From: Rhizaria sp. SCN 62-66 | Lineage: Eukaryota | DNA: 64,000 nucleotides | Assembly (NCBI GenBank): GCA_001724265.1 | Contig: MEDY01000053.1 | Location: forward strand, 1-64,000 | Direction: 5' to 3' | Shown here: positions 57,002 to 64,000 of the stretch, piece by piece | Numbering within the stretch: the first letter of the stretch is position 1 | Layout of the letters: each line of letters opens with the position of its first letter | Program-made: the position numbers and the translations under genes | The notes under the pieces: model-generated | What the model was told of the DNA's origin: nothing | What the model saw: only the letters and a program-made list of their open reading frames with translations | Databases searched by the model: none

Positions 57002-57652
57002 GTCGCTGTTGCCGCCGCCAAAGCCCAGCGCGTTAACGCCGAGCTAGGTGCGGAAGAACATTCCGGTCGGGGGCGAGCGGGCCGCGCGACGCGAGGGCGG
57101 GGGAAGTGGACAGCAAGGAGACTTCGAGTGGGTGTCGAGAAGAGAAACGAGAAAAGCTGCTTGGAGACACAGAAGGTCAATGGGAAATGTGTAAAAAGAG
57201 GAAAAGCTGTGAAATCAAATAAAGTTTGCCAAAATCGTAGCTAAACGACTGTTGTGCGATCAGGTCATATAGATATCCTCTCTTTAAGATCGCCCTTTGT
57301 TCCTGCCGCTGCTAAGTCCCCTCCGCGGCGGCCTCACCAGGCCCGATTGGCCATCAACATTCCGCTTCGATATATTGGGTCTCATATCCGATTGTATACG
57401 GTTTGACACGTTTGCTAAGATATTTAACTTGCAGTACACTTTGGATTTTATTGTTTCTTTTATGTATGCACGACTTTGACCTCATTTCGCGGCGCTTTTG
57501 ATGTGACCCTCTTGCAGGCTTCACCACCTAACCATTCCACACCCACCACTCGCACCCGCCCCCGTTCCCCGCTTGCGCCGACCGCGCAGCTGCCTTTTTG
57601 CGGGACCCTCAGCGTCCGGACGCTTCACTCCGCCCCGTCTCGCACGCTCCTA

Positions 57653-59542
57653 ATGCTCCGCACTGCGCACACACCGCTGCAGCGTCTGGCGACCGCGGCC
57701 GCCCGCCTCGCCTCTCTCACGCCCGCCACTGCCGCTCCAGCGGCGACGACGACTGCTCCCGCGCTGCACCCCCGCACACACGGCACTGCGCGCTCTTTAG
57801 TTACTAGCTCCACATTTAGCACACGCTTACCTAGCCCTCACACCCGCCTTAGCGCGTCCCTAGCGCACTCCAAGTCCCTGCACTCGCGCTCGCAGCGCTC
57901 TGCCCTTTTGCTCTCGTTCCCGTTTTCTTCCGCTGCCGCCGCCGCCACCGTGGCCGCCGCTGCCCCGGCGGCCCCCGCACCCGCGGGCTCCGGTGCTGCG
58001 TCTGGCCGCTCCGCGCTCGCGTCCAACCCCGTGAGCTACTCGCTGTCCGACTCGTCCGTGATCGCGCCCCCCCAGACATTCCGCTACGTGTCCCACAACG
58101 GGCTGCCCCAGGCCAAGTACCCGCTCCCGGCCGGCACCACGCTCGACTCGGCGTTTGCCGACGCCTCGCGCGCGGGCCCCGCGGCTGACCCCTTCGCGCT
58201 GGCGGCGGGCGAGCTCTCTGCGATGGCCACCAGCGTGCACACAGTGGTCCACTCGCCGCACCCCGTGCTGCGCGCCGCCGCCGACTACCTGCTCGCCGGC
58301 GGCGGCAAGCGCTTCCGCCCGCTCGTGGTCTTCCTCGTCTCGCGCGCCGTGGGCGTGGCGGCGCGCGCGGGGCCCGCCGCGGCGCCCGAGTTCCACCACG
58401 ACGATAACACGGCCACCGCGGCCGCCAACGCCTCGCGGGCAGATGCCGCGCACGCCGCCGCGGACGCCGCCGCCGAGGCCGTCGTAGCCGCCTCACTGAC
58501 CGTCAACGCCAGCACGAGTGCAAGCATTGCGCCCTATGCGCCATATGTGTCCCCTTCGCTATGGCTCGGTCCCCACACCTGCCTCAACAACAACACAGGC
58601 AATGCCTATGCCTCTGCCTCTGCGTCTGCCTCTGCATCTGCTTCTGAGTGCGCGAGCGCGGGCGACGTCGCCGAGGGCAGCGCGCGCGTGGCGGCGACGC
58701 AGCTGGGCGGCGCGCCCTGCGCGGCTCTGGACTCGCTTCCTGTACACGGCCCCGCTGCGCAGCAGGCGCGGCTGGCCGAGATTATCGAGCTCATCCACGT
58801 CGCCTCACTCTACCACGACGACGTCGTCGACGAATCCGCCGCGCGCCGCGGCCGGCCCTCGGCCAACAACGCCTTCGGCGACCGGCTGGCCGTGCGCGCG
58901 GGCGTCTTCCTGCTCGCGCGCGCGTCGACGTTGCTGTGCCGACTCGAGAGCCACGGCGCGACGCAGCTCGTGTCGACTGTGATCGACCAGCTCGTGCGCG
59001 GCGAGGTGCTGCAGATGCGCGACGCGAGCGCCAACCAGGCCGGGCACCTGCACAGCAACCTCGACGCCTACGTTACCAAGTCCTACTACAAGACGGCATC
59101 GCTCATCGCCAACGCGTGCCAGGCTGCGGCCGTGCTCGGCGGCCACGGGGCCCCGGTCCAGGCCGCCGCCTACGAGTACGGCAAGTCGCTGGGGCTCGCG
59201 TTCCAGCTCGTGGACGACATCCTCGACTACACGGCGACCGCAGAGGAGCTGGGCAAGCCCGCGCTGAGCGACCTCACCCAGGGCCTCGCCACTGCGCCGC
59301 TGCTGTACGCCGCAGACGCGTTCCCCGAGCTCTTCGCGCTACGCGAGCGCAAGTTCTCGCGGCCCGGCGACGTGGCGCGCGCGCTCGAGTGCATCGCGGC
59401 CGTGGACGGCATCGGCAAGGCCACGGTCCTCGCGCGTGCGTGCGCTGAGAACGCCGTCGCCGCGGCGCTGCAGTTCCCGCCGGGGCTCGCGCGCGACGCG
59501 CTCGTGCGCCTCGTCGAGAAGACGCTCACGCGCCGTAAGTAA
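57653..59542 (+). CDS. COQ1: Long-chain trans-polyprenyl diphosphate synthase (COQ1/PDSS1/SPS-like) with a mitochondrial-type presequence
   Basis: GGKRFRP, IELIHVASLYHDDVVDESAARRG (FARM), GEVLQ, YYKTASL, GLAFQLVDDILD (SARM) and DLTQGLATAP. The N-terminus is Arg/Ser/Ala-rich and lacks acidic residues. Confidence 0.92.
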   Translation: MLRTAHTPLQRLATAAARLASLTPATAAPAATTTAPALHPRTHGTARSLVTSSTFSTRLPSPHTRLSASLAHSKSLHSRSQRSALLLSFPFSSAAAAATVAAAAPAAPAPAGSGAASGRSALASNPVSYSLSDSSVIAPPQTFRYVSHNGLPQAKYPLPAGTTLDSAFADASRAGPAADPFALAAGELSAMATSVHTVVHSPHPVLRAAADYLLAGGGKRFRPLVVFLVSRAVGVAARAGPAAAPEFHHDDNTATAAANASRADAAHAAADAAAEAVVAASLTVNASTSASIAPYAPYVSPSLWLGPHTCLNNNTGNAYASASASASASASECASAGDVAEGSARVAATQLGGAPCAALDSLPVHGPAAQQARLAEIIELIHVASLYHDDVVDESAARRGRPSANNAFGDRLAVRAGVFLLARASTLLCRLESHGATQLVSTVIDQLVRGEVLQMRDASANQAGHLHSNLDAYVTKSYYKTASLIANACQAAAVLGGHGAPVQAAAYEYGKSLGLAFQLVDDILDYTATAEELGKPALSDLTQGLATAPLLYAADAFPELFALRERKFSRPGDVARALECIAAVDGIGKATVLARACAENAVAAALQFPPGLARDALVRLVEKTLTRRK

Positions 59543-60121
59543 GCGAAGAGCAGAGACTGGGGCTGCGACCGAACGAGCACGCGAGGAAGGAAAGCCGACG
59601 CCACAATCAATCAAGCGTGAGGCCTGGTGAATACTAAAAACGTATTCGCAGGGCATTCTCAGTTCTATTCTAGCTGTGCTTGTTGTGCTGTATTTATTAT
59701 ATTCATGTTGTATTTGTTTGTATTGTCTGTTCACTAGTCACACAATGTGTGTTCGCGTTCAAGCAGTAATTTATTCTTTGCTGTTCTTCATCGGTTGTTA
59801 ACCTTTAAACAATACAAACAACTTGTGTCAGTATCATCACCTCTCTTGATTCAAGAGTAAATCGAATCAATGGTTGTATTTATGGCAATATTTTTTAGAA
59901 AAAGGAAAAGCTCGCATTAAATCTCACTAGCCCCCAAATAGTGATTATATTCAGACAGTGTACATGTGACAAACAATATCAAAGAGATAACACAGACAGA
60001 TTGACGGTCGACACGGAAACAAAGCAGTTCCACGCGCTGCCGCTGCCGCTGCCACACCTGCGTTCCTGCTGCTACAACTCCTGCTGCTGCAGCTCCTGCT
60101 GAGGCTGCGTCGTCTCACACC

Positions 60122-61261
60122 TCACTGGCGGCGGCCACGGCCGCTGTCCTGCGGCGGGAACTGCGTCTGCGTCGGCCGCGTGTAGCTGACGCCCCCGGCG
60201 AGGTACGCATCGTCGCTCACGTCCTCCACCGTGACCGCAGAGGCCGCGCTGCTGCTGTTGCTGCTGCCCGCGCCATGCGCGCCAGCGCCAGTGCTGATGC
60301 GGCCGTTGGCGCCCGCGGCGGCGCCGGGGCCCGCGATCGCCCCGCCGTAAACGTACCCACCATCGCTGGGATTGCCCGTGGAGTAGGCGTAGTTCGGCAG
60401 CGCGCCGGAAGTCAAGCCGCCCGCGGAAGTTAGGCCGCCGCCCGGCAGCGCCTGCGCGGCCCGGCGCTCCCACTCCTGGTCGAACTCGGCGCTGCCCACC
60501 ACGGGCGCAGCCCTGCTGTTGTTGCTGTTGCTGTTCGGGGCGACCTCGACTTCGACGATGTCATCGTCGTCGTCAACATTGCTACCGCCGCCGCTATAGA
60601 CGTTGCTAAAGGCGCCGCTCGCGAGCAGCTCGCGGTGCTGCTGCGGCGTCTCGGCAGCGTAGTTGCGCGTGCGCGCGACGGCCCCCACGCCCTCGAGTTC
60701 CCGCCGGTGGAAGACCTGGCCCTCGCCGGTGTCGCTGCGGTATGTCGCCGACTGCGTCTCGGCCACGCCGCCGCCGCCGACGCTGCGCGTGTGCTGCTCG
60801 CGCACGACCGGCCGCCCGTCGGGGCCCACGTGCGAGGAGTGCGAGCTGTGCGTCGTCGTGTAGTGGCCGCCGGGGCCGCCGCTGGACGACGACGACGATG
60901 ACGAAAAGCTTGAGAAGGTCTGGAAACCGCCGTTGTTGGGGGCAGCGGCGGGGAAACCGCCGCCCGCAGCCGCGGCGTTCATAGCGGCCGCGTGCGCGTC
61001 AAAGTGGCCGAAGCCGAGGCCTGGGAAGCCGAAGGCAGGGCCGCCGAAAGACTGGAACATGTTCCCGAACATCTGCTGCTGCATCTGCTGCATTTGCTGC
61101 ATCTGCGCTGCCATCTGCTGCTGCATCTGCATGTGCTGCTGCTGTGCAAGCTGCATGTGGTACTGTTGCTGCTGCTGTTGCTGCTGCTGCATGAGCTGCA
61201 TCTGCTGCTGCTGCTGCACGTGGGCAGGGGTGAGCGCGTTGTTGTTGGGAGGGTTCGGCAT
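60122..61261 (-). CDS. Myeloid leukemia factor (MLF)-like protein with an N-terminal Gln/Met-rich tract, 379 aa
   Basis: FSSFSSSS...GPDGRPVVREQHTRSVGGGGVAETQSATYRSDTGE...RTRN...AEFDQEW parallels the MLF domain (GGxxETxxxxRDSxSG...FDxEW). Confidence 0.72.
   Translation of the reverse strand: MPNPPNNNALTPAHVQQQQQMQLMQQQQQQQQQYHMQLAQQQHMQMQQQMAAQMQQMQQMQQQMFGNMFQSFGGPAFGFPGLGFGHFDAHAAAMNAAAAGGGFPAAAPNNGGFQTFSSFSSSSSSSSGGPGGHYTTTHSSHSSHVGPDGRPVVREQHTRSVGGGGVAETQSATYRSDTGEGQVFHRRELEGVGAVARTRNYAAETPQQHRELLASGAFSNVYSGGGSNVDDDDDIVEVEVAPNSNSNNSRAAPVVGSAEFDQEWERRAAQALPGGGLTSAGGLTSGALPNYAYSTGNPSDGGYVYGGAIAGPGAAAGANGRISTGAGAHGAGSSNSSSAASAVTVEDVSDDAYLAGGVSYTRPTQTQFPPQDSGRGRRQ
61070..61216 (-). repeat. 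Imperfect CAG/CAA polyglutamine repeat in the MLF-like gene
   Basis: QQQQQMQLMQQQQQQQQQYHMQLAQQQHMQMQQQMAAQMQQMQQMQQQM. Confidence 0.9.
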
Positions 61262-62311
61262 GCTGAGACGGGTCGCGTAGAGGAGTGTAAAAGAAAGAAC
61301 ACAAGACGCGAGTCGGTTTACAAAACATAGTTAGTGGCTTATATAATAAAACGCAGAGTTTACAGCTTGCGATCGAGATTAAGGCGAGTTATACAGGGAA
61401 ATCTGTCAAGTTTTGGGCGTGCTCGGCAGAGAGTGTCAGCAGATGTGAAGACACGCCAGATCTGACCAATGCAGAGGCAGACGGGGTACTGCCAAAATAG
61501 AGCAAAACTGAATCGATGCATTGAAACAGGTATCGTTCATATAAATACCGCTGATGGTGCTGGAGGCTCAGAGTGAACTGTACTCAGCTAGATTCTCGTT
61601 CCCTCTTTTCCAACGCAAGTAATCCTTTTAGTCGTTGGGCTGAGGTACCCTGTTTTCACTTTGCAAGTTCGCAGGGATAACAGAACGCCCCCACTGCGTA
61701 TTTGAAGATTGAAATGATGTTTCATGTGATGTTTTATAGCATATATTTTGTATCAACTCTCGTTGACGATGGCTTTATCTCGAAAGAGACCTTTCTCAAG
61801 ACGTCCACCACATCTATGAGCCTGCAACTTGGTCGGACGACCACCCTCCAGACCCCACCTCAGTCGTCCCTAACACTTATACCATCAACCACACGCAACA
61901 CATTCCAATTTTATGTCTAAACCTACTCGGGCTGACTTGTTCTTGCCTTATATGTCTCGACTATCCCCTCGCACGCGTCTCACCCCGTCCCCTCCTTCCG
62001 TGCTTCCACCCTGCCACACCGCGCGCCGCCCGCGTGCTCGCGCCCGCCCACGTCCCCAGCCGCGTTCAAGCAGGCGTGCCCACTCAGCACCCCTTCTTTT
62101 GCACCCCAAGGTTACCTTCTTCTAGTTCCCTCCGAACCCCCCGCGCCGCGCCGCCGCCTCGCTTTATCGTAGCCCGGCCTTGGCCCGCGCTCGCGCTCCT
62201 AGCAGCCTCGGCTGCCCCAGCCCTGCTCTGACGCGCACGCACGAGCCGGCGCCCTCCTAACCCCCGCACGCTCGGAGCGCTAGCCCTCCGCGCGGCCCCC
62301 GCCAGCTCACT

Positions 62312-64000
62312 ATGCGCCCCGGCGCGTCCTCGCAGCAGCCGGGCCAGCGCCGCCCCTCCGCGTCCTCCGCGGCGGCGGCGGCGGCGTACAGCAGCGGTGG
62401 CGGCGGCGGCGGCGGCGGCGCTGGAGGCGGCGGCGGCGGCGCGGGGCAGATCCCCGGCGGCATGCCGTCGCCGACCTCGGCGATGATTGGCCCCGCAATG
62501 TCGCCGTCGCCGCGGTACGGCACGCACACTGGCTCCACTCCAGCCTCCTCTGCCTCTGTACCTGCCTCAGCCTCGTCCTCAGTCTCTGCGTCTGCGTCCG
62601 GGTCCGGCTCTGGGTCGATCCAGGTGCCGGTGTCGGTGCCCGCCGGCTACAGCAGCCGCAGCAGCCGGCCGCAGCCGCGTAGCGTGCTCTCCTCGGCCCG
62701 CGGCTCGCACAGCAACTCGGCCGCGGCCACGGCGCCCGCCGGCAACTACACTTACACCGCGACCGCTTACACTGCGCCCGTCAGCAGCGCCGGCGCTGGC
62801 GTGGCCGCCAGCGCTGCGGCGCAGAGCAGTCAGAACCACAACCGCGGCAGCAGCCGCGGCGCGTTCAGGTTCCCGGACCCGCTGTCGCCGCGGTCGGGGT
62901 CGGGGGCCGTGCCAGCCTCGAGCAGCAGCGGCAGCGGCGGCATTGGTGGCAGCGGCAACAGCGGGGCGACGAGCGGCTCCGGCCAACTCTCGAGCGCCAC
63001 CGCCACCGCCGCTGCCGCTGCTGCTGCTGGGACGGGTCGTGACGCCGGTGACGAAGACATGGGCAGCCTGTTCCTGAGAGCAGACGACCTGCCCCTGTAC
63101 CCCGCCCTCAACACCACCGCGAACCTGACCAACTCCAGCAGCGGCAGCACTGCGAGCCGCCCCAATGCCAGCGCCAACGCCAGTGCGAGCTACGGCGCCG
63201 CGCGCGCGAGCGCCGCCCGCGGTTCGCTCGCCTCCCGCTCCGGCAGCGCCACCGCGGCCGCCGCGGCAAACGCAAGCGGTGCTCTGGGCGGCTTGGCGTG
63301 GGAGTCCGACACGTCCCCGTCGACGTCGCGGTCGCGCCCGCGGTCGCGCCCCGACCAGCCGGGCGGCTTCGGCGGCGGCGGCGGCGGCGGCTCCGGCGCG
63401 GCCGGGTTGGGGGGCGACGCCAGGAGCAGGCGCGAGGCAGCGCCGCCGCCGCGGATGCTGCCGCCCGCGCAACGCCGCGCCGTTGCGCAGTACCAGCAGC
63501 AACAGCCGTATCAGCCGAGGCAGGCATCTGGCGGCGCCAAGAGCCGCGGCGGCACCGCGGGCGACTTCGATGAGTACGCGCACTTGGCCGAGGGCCTGTC
63601 GTCCTCGTCGGCGTCGTCGTCCGCGCCGTCCTCTGCCGCCGCCTCGCCGCGCCGCGCGCAGGGCCAAGCGGGCGCCGCGGGCCGCGGGTATGCGCCGACG
63701 CTGAACACTGGCGCGCAGCAGCGCAACAGCAACAGCTACATGTACGGCAGCAACAACCCTGGCGGCAGCAACAGGCCTCGTGGCTCGATATCGAGCGCAA
63801 ACGGCGCTAGCAGCGTGAATGCAGCCAACAGTGCCGGGTTTGGCTCGATTTACATTCAAAACCAGAACCAAGCTCTGAACCAGGGCTCCGACGGCACTAG
63901 TCGCCCCAGCGGCAACGCCGCCAGCATGTCCCAGGGCCCCCGCGGCAGTTTCACCGGCGGTGCGAGCGCGAATGTGGGCGCCGGCGTCCACGCGAGCGGC
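62312..64000 (+). CDS. 5' part of a large Ser/Gly/Ala-rich low-complexity protein of unknown function; runs off the window end
   Basis: ATG at 62312 opens MRPGASSQQPGQRRPSASS...FRFPDPLSPR...DEDMGSLFLRADDLPLYP..., apparently without a stop before the window end, which would explain its absence from the ORF track. Confidence 0.7.
   Translation, partial: MRPGASSQQPGQRRPSASSAAAAAAYSSGGGGGGGGAGGGGGGAGQIPGGMPSPTSAMIGPAMSPSPRYGTHTGSTPASSASVPASASSSVSASASGSGSGSIQVPVSVPAGYSSRSSRPQPRSVLSSARGSHSNSAAATAPAGNYTYTATAYTAPVSSAGAGVAASAAAQSSQNHNRGSSRGAFRFPDPLSPRSGSGAVPASSSSGSGGIGGSGNSGATSGSGQLSSATATAAAAAAAGTGRDAGDEDMGSLFLRADDLPLYPALNTTANLTNSSSGSTASRPNASANASASYGAARASAARGSLASRSGSATAAAAANASGALGGLAWESDTSPSTSRSRPRSRPDQPGGFGGGGGGGSGAAGLGGDARSRREAAPPPRMLPPAQRRAVAQYQQQQPYQPRQASGGAKSRGGTAGDFDEYAHLAEGLSSSSASSSAPSSAAASPRRAQGQAGAAGRGYAPTLNTGAQQRNSNSYMYGSNNPGGSNRPRGSISSANGASSVNAANSAGFGSIYIQNQNQALNQGSDGTSRPSGNAASMSQGPRGSFTGGASANVGAGVHASG

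Noticed and set aside
1-64000. CRISPR array, prophage, transposase or biosynthetic operon
   Set aside because: No spaced direct repeats, terminal inverted repeats, or transposase/RT/integrase motifs were seen. Neighbouring genes are functionally unrelated eukaryotic genes, so FAS-like + SDR + COQ1 is not claimed as a cluster.

Overview
Gene-dense nuclear DNA from a flagellated unicellular eukaryote. Exons are GC-rich, spliceosomal GT-AG introns are short and AT-rich with a GTACG-type donor, and the standard genetic code fits every gene. The window holds about 19 protein-coding genes and one tRNA-Gln(CTG); no CRISPR array, rRNA or recognisable transposon was seen. Confident calls: KIF17/OSM-3-like kinesin-2, S-formylglutathione hydrolase, ribonucleotide reductase R2, a giant NOX/RBOH-like oxidase, SPATA17-like IQ protein, VPS26, SPT5, an SLC44/CTL transporter, an extended SDR, an acid sphingomyelinase-like phosphoesterase, COQ1/PDSS1 and an MLF-like protein. 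Most interesting: (1) a ~2,900-aa stand-alone dehydratase + malonyl/palmitoyl-transferase module derived from fungal/mycobacterial-type FAS-I, with intact catalytic motifs and an apparent mitochondrial presequence but no ACP/KS/KR/ER; (2) a gustatory-receptor-like 7TM ion channel head-to-head with it; (3) a SYCP3-like meiotic-axis candidate; (4) a catalytically degenerate DEAH pseudo-helicase; (5) a divergent Ndc1; (6) a CAG splice-acceptor-like signal immediately before many start codons. All family calls come from motif recognition by eye and recalled consensus sequences; no database search was run.
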